Of a stretch of 64,000 nucleotides of DNA, positions 55,335 to 64,000 are shown piece after piece. Under the pieces are notes generated by a model, which saw only the letters and a list, made by a program, of their open reading frames with translations, ran no database searches and was not told the origin of the DNA. The DNA comes from an uncultured bacterium. GTDB taxonomy: Bacteria > Latescibacterota > MWCZ01. The translations under genes and the position numbers were made by a program. Each line of letters opens with the position of its first letter. Within the stretch, counting starts at the first letter, position 1. The stretch spans positions 90,150-154,149 of the forward strand of contig CAZEAI010000002.1 of assembly GCA_964510105.1 (NCBI GenBank), given 5' to 3'.

Positions 55335-56306
55335 CTATGGTCTCACGCACAGCTTGGCTATCGATCCGGCTCGCAACATGTCGATCCCCTTCGTGTAGTT
55401 GTCGAAATCGACTTCAGCGCCGATGATCGGCTTCGTTCTGACAGCACCTTTGGCCATCATCGCGAGCGCGTATTCGGCGGATTCGAGCGTGTGGCCGGGG
55501 TAGCCTCGGAGGCTCACGTTACGGCCCCAATCGCTCATGCCGAACCGAATCTCGCCGTGGACGACGCCGAACAGATGGACGGCCCCCGATGTAACGCGCA
55601 TGAGATTCTCAGCGGAAGCCGCTGCTCCGGCGCATTCGATCGCGATGTCCGCTGCGTTGGGGCCCAGAGCCAACGATTCCGACGAGCCGGGATCCAACGC
55701 GCCGTCCGCGCCCAACTGCAGCGCCAGTGATCGCCGCGTCTCGATAGGGTCGAAAGCGATTACGGTGCGGGCGCCAAGCGTCCTCACCATCTGGATCGCG
55801 ATCAGCCCTGCGGGACCGGTCCCACCAATCGCCACGCGCTTCCCGGCAACGTCGCCCGCCTGACGCACGGAAGCGGCCACGCACATGGCCAGCTCCAGTG
55901 GCGCCGCCTCGACGTACGTGAGCTGGTCGGGGATCCTCAACAGGCAATCTTCCGGCACGGCGGCGAAGTCGGCGTAGTACCCCAAACGGCCCTCAGCTTG
56001 TGACGCTCGCGAAGACCACGCCGCCACGCGGTCGCCGACGGGCAACGCCGTCACGCCGTCACCGACGGCCACCACGTCGCCCGCCATCTCGTGGCCCGGT
56101 ACGCCGATGGGTATCGGGTATACCGGATGATCCGGTCGCTCGAAGATGTCCTTGCCCGCGAGGAGCGTCAGATCCCACTGGGTGCATGCGGTCACCGCCT
56201 GCACCTTCACGAGCACCTCGCCTGGTCCCGCCGTGGGTGTGGCTGCCTCGACGATAGCAGCCGTGTCGGGCGCGACAATCTGGAGAGCGCGCATGGTGTC
56301 GGGCAT
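55335..56306 (-). CDS. Zinc-type medium-chain alcohol dehydrogenase (MDR family)
   Basis: GHEMAGDVVAVGDGV zinc/catalytic motif and AIGGTGPAGLIAIQ Rossmann motif. Start set at ATG 56306, 1 nt after the upstream stop. Confidence 0.85.
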   Translation of the reverse strand: MPDTMRALQIVAPDTAAIVEAATPTAGPGEVLVKVQAVTACTQWDLTLLAGKDIFERPDHPVYPIPIGVPGHEMAGDVVAVGDGVTALPVGDRVAAWSSRASQAEGRLGYYADFAAVPEDCLLRIPDQLTYVEAAPLELAMCVAASVRQAGDVAGKRVAIGGTGPAGLIAIQMVRTLGARTVIAFDPIETRRSLALQLGADGALDPGSSESLALGPNAADIAIECAGAAASAENLMRVTSGAVHLFGVVHGEIRFGMSDWGRNVSLRGYPGHTLESAEYALAMMAKGAVRTKPIIGAEVDFDNYTKGIDMLRAGSIAKLCVRP

Positions 56307-56307
56307 G

Positions 56308-57309
56308 CTATCCCCCAGTGTTCGTCCAGTCCAGGCAGATGCCCAGGAACGGTTCGGATTTGTTGAGCACCAGATCGTACGCTCTGTCCGCCTCATCGGC
56401 GGGGAAGACGTGGGTCACGAGTTCTCGGGCGCGGAGGCCGCCGCTCGCGATGAGATCGAGCGTCGCGAGCAGACGATCGCGCGTCCATCCCGCGGGGGCA
56501 TGGACCGTGATCTCCGCAGAATGCAGCGCCTGCATACTCAGGAGATGCTCGCCCTCACGGTAGTAACCGTTTAGGATGAGATGCCCGTTGTTCCGCGAGA
56601 GGCCGGTCAGTGACGCAACGCTTTCAGCCGTGCCGATAGTGTCCGCCACAATATCGAAGCCCCCCGGCGCGGCTCCCGATGCAAGCGCCGTCAGAGGGGT
56701 CTCCCGAACGTCCACCACGTCATCCGCCGAATGCTCGCGGGCCAGCGCGAGCCGTTCGGCGCGCCGCCCTGCGAGGAGGACGCGAGCGCCTCTGCCTCGA
56801 AGCGTTTGCGCGAGCCACTGCCCCACCAATCCGTCCCCCACGACCAGCGCCAGGCATCCCTCACTCACCGGCGGCCGCGAGCCGCCGTTGTAGCCAACTT
56901 GCGTCAGCACGAGGCCTGCCGCCTTCATCGGATCGAGCCCACCTGGCAACGGAATCACCTGGCTGTGGTCGCACACACTGTGCAGTACGTGACCGCCCCA
57001 GCCGCTCGTCGCTCCATCGCTGATTAGCGACGTCGTGGCGAACACCCACTGGCCCACGGCTAAGTCGCCAACATCTGCCCCTACTGCCTCGACAACCCCG
57101 ACCTTCTGATAGCCCGGAACGACCGGCCACGGCAGCGGTGGCTGTCCCGGCGCATGAAACTGCCCCGTGATCACCCATCGTTCCGTGCCGGTGCTGATCA
57201 TCGAGTAGTGGGCACGCACGAGCAGGTCATGCGAGCCAAGGTCCGGCACGATCACCTCGCGCAGTTCAACCCTATCCGGTGACAATGCGCACACAGCGCG
57301 GGTTCTCAT
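56308..57309 (-). CDS. MDR-family dehydrogenase lacking the GHE motif
   Basis: PGYQKVGVVEAVG replaces GHE. Rossmann motif VVGDGLVGQWLAQ. ATG 57309 (MRTRAV) is preferred over the TTG at 57336. Confidence 0.8.
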   Translation of the reverse strand: MRTRAVCALSPDRVELREVIVPDLGSHDLLVRAHYSMISTGTERWVITGQFHAPGQPPLPWPVVPGYQKVGVVEAVGADVGDLAVGQWVFATTSLISDGATSGWGGHVLHSVCDHSQVIPLPGGLDPMKAAGLVLTQVGYNGGSRPPVSEGCLALVVGDGLVGQWLAQTLRGRGARVLLAGRRAERLALAREHSADDVVDVRETPLTALASGAAPGGFDIVADTIGTAESVASLTGLSRNNGHLILNGYYREGEHLLSMQALHSAEITVHAPAGWTRDRLLATLDLIASGGLRARELVTHVFPADEADRAYDLVLNKSEPFLGICLDWTNTGG

Positions 57310-57367
57310 GTGTGGTGCCCCCATTTCCTGCGCCAAGCCGTATGACAGTGTGACACGCTGAATCAGC

Positions 57368-57690
57368 TCAGGGAAGCAGGCTTCCGTGAGCTACGAGCGA
57401 CCTCCAGTGGAGTCCGACTTCTACGATCTCGCGTCGAAAAGGCTGCTGCCTAATCCATGAGCCGACGCCGACTTCGTGGCGGATCGGGAAGTGTTGAAAC
57501 ACACACACCGGACAGCGTTCCGCTATCGCGTCGCAGGCGATCACCTTGCCACGGCACGACGATAGGCCGGGGCTCGGAGGCGAACGCGCCGGCCAGGTGT
57601 CGCTCGGTATCCGGCGCGTCGTTCGCCATGGAAGCGCGATACGACCCCAACCCATGAGCGAACGTCGTACGCTCGTCTACGGTTACTTCA
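57368..57690 (-). pseudogene. Truncated, frameshifted 5' fragment of a glycyl radical enzyme gene
   Basis: Two track ORFs in different frames both match the N-terminus of the GRE at 55193. One is 57450-57650 (YRASMANDAPDTERHLAGAFASEP); the other is 57368-57655 (AIAERCPVCVFQHFPIRHEVGVGSWIRQQPF). The start codon is lost, there is a 36-nt deletion, and the fragment ends after about 105 codons. Confidence 0.75.
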
Positions 57691-57728
57691 GCTAGCCCTC
57701 ATCGCTGCCGGATGCCGGGTACCGCTGC

Positions 57729-58043
57729 CTATTCCTCGTCCACAATGTACATCGTCACGACGTCCGTGAGTGCGCGCGGGATGTGCTTGTGCGCCTCGCC
57801 GCCGGGGATGACCATGCCGTCGCCCGGCTCGTACGTCACGACCTCGTCGGCGAACCGGACCTCGAGCTTCCCCTCAAGCAGGTAGCCGACGTGTCCGACG
57901 GTACACCACTCGGGATGCGAAAGCTCAGGGGTCATCTCAAGCAGGCGCATACGTCCGGGAGCCATCTGGAGGGTCTTGGAGCGCAGGCCGGGTCTCGGGC
58001 ATACCCACTCCGCGTCGTCGAATCTGAATCGGTACTCGGACAT
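57729..58043 (-). CDS. Cupin-domain protein
   Basis: 104 aa. Cupin motifs (HPEWCTVGHVGYLLEG..., GDGMVIPGGEAHKH). GGAGGCGGA RBS. Confidence 0.8.
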   Translation of the reverse strand: MSEYRFRFDDAEWVCPRPGLRSKTLQMAPGRMRLLEMTPELSHPEWCTVGHVGYLLEGKLEVRFADEVVTYEPGDGMVIPGGEAHKHIPRALTDVVTMYIVDEE

Positions 58044-58137
58044 TCCGCCTCCACGACTGCGTCAGGCGCGATCTCGGCCGCCTTCTTCCATGATCGCACC
58101 GTTCCGGCCGACAATCCAGCCACCGGGCCCCGGAGTC

Positions 58138-59226
58138 TCAGCAGCCGTCCCACTCGGCCCAGAAGTTGTCCTCGAACAGATCGCCGACGTTGTCCCGAAC
58201 GATCACGTTCTCGCCATGTCCGCCGAGGTCCTTCATCAGCGTCTCGACGGCGCCTCGCGCGAGCGCGTTGTCCTTCACGATGCTGTTCGCCAGTGAACGG
58301 TACAGGATGCCGTAGCGCGGCGACCACTCGCCGACGTTGCCGTCGTCGCGACCGGCGCGCATGGTGTTGCCCGTGCAGACAAGGCCGTGGACGTGCTCGA
58401 AGCGCAGGTGCGCATCCTCGTTCTCGTCCAAGGTACGCCAGTTCGGCGCGCCGCTTCGGAAGATAACGTTGCCCGTGATGCTGATGACCTCGCACGGCTT
58501 GCGAACACGCGACATAAGCGCGATGCCCGCGCCGCCGGAGCGGTCGATGTAGTTCCCGGTTATGTTGTAGTGATTCCCTCCGTGCAGGACGATGCCACCA
58601 CCGGCGTTCCACTCGATCCGGTTGCCGGTCATTGTCACGGACGCGTTCTCCTCGTACGCGCCGAACCCCGGCCCGCCATTCCCGGAGAACCAGTTATCCA
58701 TGACGAAGCCGTCCCACCCGCGGATGCGGAGTCCGCAGCCCCGGTTGAACGCGAGCATGTTGCTGCGGACGGTGAAGCACCAGATGCGACTCAAGGATAC
58801 CCCGTCGCCGGTGAAGTGGCTCACCCGGCACCGTTCTACGCGCGGAGTATCCTCCTCCTTGCCGTAGTCGGGCTTGTCGATCATCACGCCGTGGATGCCC
58901 TCGCCGAGATCGCCGCCCTCAAGGCACAGCCCGTTCAACGTCGCTCCGATGGCGCCGGTGAGGTCGATGAGGCATGGCGCCGACTCGTCCGCCAGGCGCA
59001 GAACCGAACCGCCCGCGTCGCGGAAGCTCCACGTCGGGTCGCCGGTCAGCCCCACGCGTGGCGGCAGGTGGATCGACGACGTGAGGTACGTTCCGGCGGG
59101 GATGTAGACCGTGCCGCCGACCTCCCCGGCCCGGGCCACGGCTTCGCGAGCTGCACCCGTGTCGTCCGTCTTCCCGTCGCCGACGGCACCGAAATCCATG
59201 ATGTCGATACGCGCGGACTCGCTCAC
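58138..59226 (-). CDS. Right-handed parallel beta-helix protein (pectate-lyase superfamily / GH28-like)
   Basis: N-terminal DFGAVGDGKTDDTGA signature of the Pectate_lyase_3 type. Repeated G/N-rich coils (NRGCGL, GNGGPG, NAGGGI, RSGGAGI). Start set at GTG 59226, overlapping the upstream stop (GTGA). ATG 59199 is an alternative. Confidence 0.8.
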   Translation of the reverse strand: MSESARIDIMDFGAVGDGKTDDTGAAREAVARAGEVGGTVYIPAGTYLTSSIHLPPRVGLTGDPTWSFRDAGGSVLRLADESAPCLIDLTGAIGATLNGLCLEGGDLGEGIHGVMIDKPDYGKEEDTPRVERCRVSHFTGDGVSLSRIWCFTVRSNMLAFNRGCGLRIRGWDGFVMDNWFSGNGGPGFGAYEENASVTMTGNRIEWNAGGGIVLHGGNHYNITGNYIDRSGGAGIALMSRVRKPCEVISITGNVIFRSGAPNWRTLDENEDAHLRFEHVHGLVCTGNTMRAGRDDGNVGEWSPRYGILYRSLANSIVKDNALARGAVETLMKDLGGHGENVIVRDNVGDLFEDNFWAEWDGC

Positions 59227-60503
59227 GATACGCTCCCTTCGGATGACTGGAATCGCCCGTTGACGGCTCGCAACCATTCCTGTTTCTCCGTCCAGGATAT
59301 GTGGTCCGGCCCGCAGTACGTGCCGGGCATGAAGCCCCAATAATCATGTTCGATGGCGAGGTCGGTGAACAGGTCGAGAATGCTGAGCCCCGGATACTCG
59401 ACCTCGAACCGCGATAAGCGCGGCGGATAGAAGAACCCTCCCTCGTCATGCACGAGTGGCAGACCGCGACGCCGCGCTGCGTCGGCATCGGCGGCGAACA
59501 TCTCGCGCGTTCCGGCGCGAATTCGGTCCTCCCACTCGGCAAACCGCTCCGTGACCCACGCATCCCACCGGTCGTTGTCGAGGTTCTCGTACATCCACAT
59601 CACGTCCCGCCACGCTTTCCTGATGTTCTGCGCGGGCACCATGAACTCGTCCCACGAAACGATGTCCTCACGCAGCACGCGATCCAGGGCGGCGAGCGCC
59701 CGGGGATTCGCCGGGTCGAAGTCGGGATGGCGCACCGTCTCGCCGTAGAGCGTGGAGAAATACCACTCGCCGCCGCCGTAGACGTGCTGGTCATACACCT
59801 GCACGTTGTCGGGCACAATCGCCTCGTTGTGCGACGAGAAATCGCCACTCACGAGGATATCGGAATGCTTGTCACGTAGAAACGCGATCGCATCGCGATG
59901 CAGCCGTGTGCCCTCGTCGCCGGAGGGGAGTTCGCTGTGCTCCGGCTCGTTGTGAACCTCGACGAACGCCACCTGGTCTTCGAGGCCCCACGATTTCAGG
60001 ATGGAGAGCAGCCTGTCGTGATGCTCGGCAAGCTGCATGAACCGGCGTTCGGGCGCGATGCCATACACCTGCGCGCGGAGGTCCGGATCGGCCAGGAACC
60101 ATGAGCTGTCCTGATACTCCCAGCTCGTCAGGATGACGTAGATGCCGTGTCGCCGCGCGTACTGGAAGAGGTAGAGCAGGCGCTCCAGCACGTCGTGACG
60201 TCCGCCGCCGCGGGAGTTCGTCGTGCTGAAATTCCAGCCGTGGCCGGCGATCCAGGGCCCGAATTCCACGTCGCCGCGCGGACGCCCGTCGAGATCGAAG
60301 GCCCAGTTCAGCCCGGCTTCGATCCGGATGGCGTTGAAGCCGCGCTCCTTCAGCGCGATCATGCAGCGTTCGAGGTCGTCGTACGGCTCGCCCTCAGTCG
60401 CAGACGTGATCCAGCTCCAGATCCAGCAACTGATGGAAAGCTTGCGCGGAAGGTGTTCGGGCAGCGTCGCCGCCCATTGATACGCGTCGGATTCCGACGC
60501 CAT
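59223..60503 (-). CDS. Glycoside-hydrolase-like TIM-barrel protein (GH5/cellulase-like clan GH-A)
   Basis: ...GFNAIRIEAGLNW..., VEVHNEPE (acid/base NEP motif), and an aromatic-rich barrel. Start set at ATG 60503, behind GGAGGAGGGG. Confidence 0.7.
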   Translation of the reverse strand: MASESDAYQWAATLPEHLPRKLSISCWIWSWITSATEGEPYDDLERCMIALKERGFNAIRIEAGLNWAFDLDGRPRGDVEFGPWIAGHGWNFSTTNSRGGGRHDVLERLLYLFQYARRHGIYVILTSWEYQDSSWFLADPDLRAQVYGIAPERRFMQLAEHHDRLLSILKSWGLEDQVAFVEVHNEPEHSELPSGDEGTRLHRDAIAFLRDKHSDILVSGDFSSHNEAIVPDNVQVYDQHVYGGGEWYFSTLYGETVRHPDFDPANPRALAALDRVLREDIVSWDEFMVPAQNIRKAWRDVMWMYENLDNDRWDAWVTERFAEWEDRIRAGTREMFAADADAARRRGLPLVHDEGGFFYPPRLSRFEVEYPGLSILDLFTDLAIEHDYWGFMPGTYCGPDHISWTEKQEWLRAVNGRFQSSEGSVS

Positions 60504-60591
60504 ACGCCCCTCCTCCACCGATGCGCGGGCACCGGCTTGTCATCTGTCACGAAAGGAGTCTGCCATGGCGTCGGAAATGCGACGGCGCCGA

Positions 60592-61614
60592 TCAGCTCCT
60601 TATGGAGAATTCAGCCCAGAGCGGATAGTGATCCGAGATGCGCCACGAAAGCTGCGTCTTCGTCAACTCCAGCGACTTCAGCGTGAACGGGACGAAATTG
60701 AAAAATCCACCGCCCAGGTAGTCCAGGGAGAGCGCAGGCGCCTCGGCCCCCTCGCCGAACCACGCGATCTGATCGTAGAACTTCGTCGGATCCGGCCTAT
60801 CCGGACGGTCGAATATGGAACGCGGTAGATTGCACTGGTCCGCCGGAGGCATGAGTCCGGTCGACGTGAACGCCTGATACCGCGGATCTCCCTCACGGTC
60901 GATATTGAAATCGCCCAGTGCAATCAAGTTGTGATGCCAGGCATGGACGCTGTTCGCCCAATCGGCCAGCCATTCCGCGATCGCGCGCAGCTCTGGAGTG
61001 CGCTCCGATGCCGAGTCGCCATAGAGCACGTGGAGCGTCACGAGGATGACCGTTTTGTCGCCGGCCTTGAAGCTCACGGCGTAGGGCGTCCGAGCGAACT
61101 GCACGTCGAGCGCGTCCGATTCGACGCCCTTCGCGAGCTGTTCCGCCGGGATGACGATCTCACATGCCAGACCGGAGAGCTGTGCTTTTCGACGGTCGAA
61201 CACGAATGCCATGCGCTCCGCGTTACCCGGCGCGCCCTTCGTGACGTCCGTGAGTATCAAACCCCAACTCGGGCCCAGCGCCTTCATCAGATGCCGCAAC
61301 GCCTTGATGTTCGACTTGGCCTCCTGCACGGCAACTATGTCGAACCGCGAAACGATCTCGGCGATGCACGCCAGCGCGTGCAGATCGCGCTTCGGGCTGT
61401 CACTGGAGCTTGACTGCCATTTCTCTGTCAGCCCGCCGAAGCCGCGTATGTTCCACGTCGCAATGAGCAGGTTGTCGTCGAGAATCTTGCGAGGAACAGC
61501 TACATCGAGGGCAGCACGCAGTTCTGCTAACTCAGTCTTCACGTAATCGGGCGCTTCATCGGTGATGTTCGGCACGGGGCCTCCCTTCGCACGACGCGCG
61601 GGATGCGCGATCAT
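60592..61614 (-). CDS. Endonuclease/exonuclease/phosphatase (EEP) family protein
   Basis: LLIATWNIRGFGG near the N-terminus, DIVAVQEA, GDFNIDR, and the C-terminal RISDHYPLWAEF. Start is ATG 61614, or GTG 61575 preceded by GGGAGG. Confidence 0.8.
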   Translation of the reverse strand: MIAHPARRAKGGPVPNITDEAPDYVKTELAELRAALDVAVPRKILDDNLLIATWNIRGFGGLTEKWQSSSSDSPKRDLHALACIAEIVSRFDIVAVQEAKSNIKALRHLMKALGPSWGLILTDVTKGAPGNAERMAFVFDRRKAQLSGLACEIVIPAEQLAKGVESDALDVQFARTPYAVSFKAGDKTVILVTLHVLYGDSASERTPELRAIAEWLADWANSVHAWHHNLIALGDFNIDREGDPRYQAFTSTGLMPPADQCNLPRSIFDRPDRPDPTKFYDQIAWFGEGAEAPALSLDYLGGGFFNFVPFTLKSLELTKTQLSWRISDHYPLWAEFSIRS

Positions 61615-61845
61615 GCATCGCTCGGTTGCGATACCCGGTGCGGAGGAGCCGAAATGTCGCACGTCGGAGCACCGACCGGGTACCCGTATGCTAGACTCAG
61701 TTCCGGCGCTACGGCGCGGAGCACGCAACGCTGGAGTCGATACGATACCGCGCACCCCAAGGGAGGAGTCGTTGTCGAAGTTACGGTTTTCTCAATCAAA
61801 ACGCCAATCATGATAGCAATCTCTATCCAGATCAACCCGAAGCGC

Positions 61846-63036
61846 CTACAGCCCGAACACGCGCTTCGGTGTCGCGCTGTAGCAGTTCTCGACGAACTCC
61901 AGCGCGTACCGCTCGTCGATGGTCCGGTCGGCGACACACTCGTCGAGCACGTCCGCCATGAGCCTGCGCATCGTGCTGTCGATGCCGACGATCGTCTCCG
62001 GCGTGCCGCTGTCGGAGCCGAAGCACATCCGGTCGTGCGGCACGCAGGCAAGCCACTCCGCCAGAGCGAGGCGGAATCGCGCGGGCGTCATCCAGCCGAT
62101 CCACGTGAAGTCGATGACGACGTTCTCGAACATCCCGGCCAGATACGTCGTCTCGCCCACGTACGGATTGCCGCCGTGGAGTAGCACGAACGTCACGTCG
62201 CGGTACTCCGGATTCACGATCACCGGGTGAAACAACATCGGGTTCGACTGCGAGAGATCGGCGTGACCCCAGATCTGATACCCCGTGTGGATGACCACCG
62301 GCAGGCCGTTCCGCTTGCACGCTCGGACGACGTGATGGAACGCGCAGTCGTGGACGGTGCGGAAGTCCTGCTCCGTCATGTCGTTCCGCCGGGCGAATGA
62401 GACCCGCGCCTCGTCTGTGCCTGGATTGGTGATCGCCAGCCCGCTCGTGTATGCGATTGCAGTCTTCATACCTACGACGCCGTGTGAACGCCACTGGTCG
62501 ATCTCATTATCGAGCGCGCCGAGGTAATCGTCGAGCGTGTTGAGCGGGCCGAGTTGTTCGCACAGCTTCCCGTAGTAGGTCCCGTCGAGCGTCGAGAAAT
62601 CCGGACTGGGATAGTTGCCCGTGCCGTTGATGGCGCTGTCGATGTACGCCAGGTACCCGAGCCGCCCCGGCGGCGCGTCATCGGCAAACGGACGCCCGTC
62701 GGCTGGGCGATGCCCGCAGAACGCCAGCTGCTGCTCGATGCCCGCAGTATCCAGTGCGTGCTCGATCGCTGCCCACGCCCCACGCGCTCGGAGTTCCGTC
62801 GCCGCGTCCAGGACCTCCGTCGGAACGTCGTGGCGCAACACCGCGCCGACATCCCGCCCGTAGAGGATGCGACACCCCTCCGCCTCAACACGCGCGCCGA
62901 TGAGGGCGCCGGCGTTGCCGATGTGACGCCGCGACTCGATCCCGTCGCGCAAGTCCGAGTACGTGTCGCCAAGGTGGGCATGCGTATCAATGCGCCCCTG
63001 CGTCAAGCAGGCTTCACGCACATCCGTCTTCGCCAT
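61846..63036 (-). CDS. Metal-dependent amidohydrolase-fold (TIM-barrel) hydrolase
   Basis: IDTHAHLGD (HxH metal motif), VVIHTG, VLLHGG. Stop of GRE-2 lies 3-30 nt upstream depending on start (ATG 63036 or GTG 63063). Confidence 0.8.
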   Translation of the reverse strand: MAKTDVREACLTQGRIDTHAHLGDTYSDLRDGIESRRHIGNAGALIGARVEAEGCRILYGRDVGAVLRHDVPTEVLDAATELRARGAWAAIEHALDTAGIEQQLAFCGHRPADGRPFADDAPPGRLGYLAYIDSAINGTGNYPSPDFSTLDGTYYGKLCEQLGPLNTLDDYLGALDNEIDQWRSHGVVGMKTAIAYTSGLAITNPGTDEARVSFARRNDMTEQDFRTVHDCAFHHVVRACKRNGLPVVIHTGYQIWGHADLSQSNPMLFHPVIVNPEYRDVTFVLLHGGNPYVGETTYLAGMFENVVIDFTWIGWMTPARFRLALAEWLACVPHDRMCFGSDSGTPETIVGIDSTMRRLMADVLDECVADRTIDERYALEFVENCYSATPKRVFGL

Positions 63037-63066
63037 GTCTCCGATCCCCCCGCCCGTAAGCACTCG

Positions 63067-64000
63067 CTAGAGCGCGTGCTCCGTTCGCGCGATGACCTCG
63101 TCCTGCAGATCGTCCCAGAGCGACGTGAACGGCGCGCTGTACCCCGCCACGCGGACCATCAGATCGCCATGTTCTTCGGGATGCTCCCGCGCCTCCAGGA
63201 GCATCTCGCGCGTTACCATGTTGAACTGGCACTGCTGCCCGCCGGAGAGGAAATGGCCCTCGATGAGCGCGGCAACCTTGTCGACGCCGGATTCGCCCGC
63301 GAGCATGGACGGGTCGAGTTTCACGTTCAGCGTCGTCGCCGTCGGCAGGAGCGAGTGCGGCAGCTTCGCGACAGAGTTGAGCAGTGCGGTGACGCCCTGC
63401 CTGTCCCTCCCATGAGCCGCACCGATGCTATCGGCGAGCGAGGTCCCGGCGGTACGCCCGTCGGGCGTCGCACCGGTGAGCCGTCCGAACTCAACGTGCA
63501 TGTTTTCGCCGCCGGCGGTGGTGCCGAGGATGTATTCACCGCCACGGAACGGCGTACGCCGCTTCAAAATCGCCGAGAACCGTTCGACCACGGTCGCGGC
63601 GATGGCGTCAACGTCGTCCTGATCGTTGCCGTAGTGCGGCATCCGGCTGAGCACGCGCCGACGAAGCGACTCATGCCCCTCCCAGTCGGCGCGCAGGATG
63701 TCGACCAACTGCGGTAGCGTAAGCTCGCCGCCCTCGAATACGAGCTGACGGATCGCCGCGAGAGAGTCCGCGAGGTTCGCCAGCCCGATGATGTCCCAGT
63801 TGCAGTGATTGTACCGGGCGCCGCCCTGCGTATACCCCAACGCGTTCTCGATACAGTCGTTGACGACGAGCGACGCGCCCAGATTGCCGCCCGGGTCCTC
63901 GGCGGCCTGACTATCCCGGGCCAGACTTGCCTCGTGCGTGAACCCGGCCACCAACTCCATCGCGTCTTCCAGCGCTCGCCACAGGTCGGCGTACGTCTCG
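63067..64000 (-). CDS. Glycyl radical enzyme, C-terminal part (5' end lies beyond the window)
   Basis: MVRVAGYSAPF glycyl-radical motif and GATPDGRTAG. Paralogous to 52956-55193. I checked that the frame stays open from 63960 to nt 64000 (...ETYADLWRALEDAMELV...). Confidence 0.85.
   Translation of the reverse strand, partial: ETYADLWRALEDAMELVAGFTHEASLARDSQAAEDPGGNLGASLVVNDCIENALGYTQGGARYNHCNWDIIGLANLADSLAAIRQLVFEGGELTLPQLVDILRADWEGHESLRRRVLSRMPHYGNDQDDVDAIAATVVERFSAILKRRTPFRGGEYILGTTAGGENMHVEFGRLTGATPDGRTAGTSLADSIGAAHGRDRQGVTALLNSVAKLPHSLLPTATTLNVKLDPSMLAGESGVDKVAALIEGHFLSGGQQCQFNMVTREMLLEAREHPEEHGDLMVRVAGYSAPFTSLWDDLQDEVIARTEHAL

Noticed and set aside
57368-57690. Considered whether the two-frame GRE-like fragment is a functional gene using programmed frameshifting.
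   Set aside because: The start codon region is mutated and 36 nt are deleted. Homology stops after about 105 of about 745 codons, at the start of the dehydrogenase gene. This is a relic, not a recoded gene.
1-64000. Scanned intergenic gaps for tRNA T-arm-like strings (GGTTCGAATCC and complement), tmRNA, rRNA and common riboswitch cores.
   Set aside because: Nothing convincing was seen by eye. A proper tRNAscan-SE/Infernal run is still needed, because manual scanning of 64 kb is not exhaustive.

Overview
64 kb of high-GC (about 62-65 % on lines I hand-counted) bacterial chromosome. It is densely packed with about 57 protein-coding genes. I found no rRNA, tRNA, CRISPR array, transposase or integrase. 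The TonB-dependent receptor and several lipobox lipoproteins point to a diderm. The glycyl-radical enzymes point to an anaerobic or facultative lifestyle. Most of the window is housekeeping or carbohydrate metabolism. Recognisable housekeeping genes are ychF, hflX, surE, murB, ald, rimK, a ClC channel, two ABC exporters and an RsmB-like methyltransferase. Carbohydrate genes include an isomerase/kinase/aldolase/reductase cluster, Gfo/Idh/MocA twins next to a TonB receptor, and a glycoside-hydrolase/beta-helix cluster. Many long ORFs in the six-frame track are antisense or off-frame shadows typical of high-GC DNA, and I rejected them. The track also translates GTG/TTG starts as M, so I re-derived several starts from ribosome-binding sites and stop/start overlaps.

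The most interesting region is 49.36-52.86 kb. It is a lower-GC patch holding three translationally coupled minus-strand genes: an N6-adenine DNA methyltransferase, a DUF262 (GmrS-type) protein lacking the usual DUF1524 nuclease half, and a divergent RelA/SpoT-like nucleotidyltransferase with a C-terminal extension. I propose it as a candidate undescribed defence module.

Secondary points of interest:
- A polyphosphate-flavoured gene string: a ROK kinase fused to an Mth938-like domain, an HD-like+CHAD protein, an HD protein, and two thymidylate-kinase paralogues, one with a K->R P-loop.
- Three glycyl-radical-enzyme copies (one intact, one 5' relic, one running off the window) with no activase in view. 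A decayed tandem duplication brackets two alcohol-dehydrogenase genes.
- A 20-bp tandem repeat array upstream of ald.
- A coupled murU/amgK/HAD cell-wall recycling trio.
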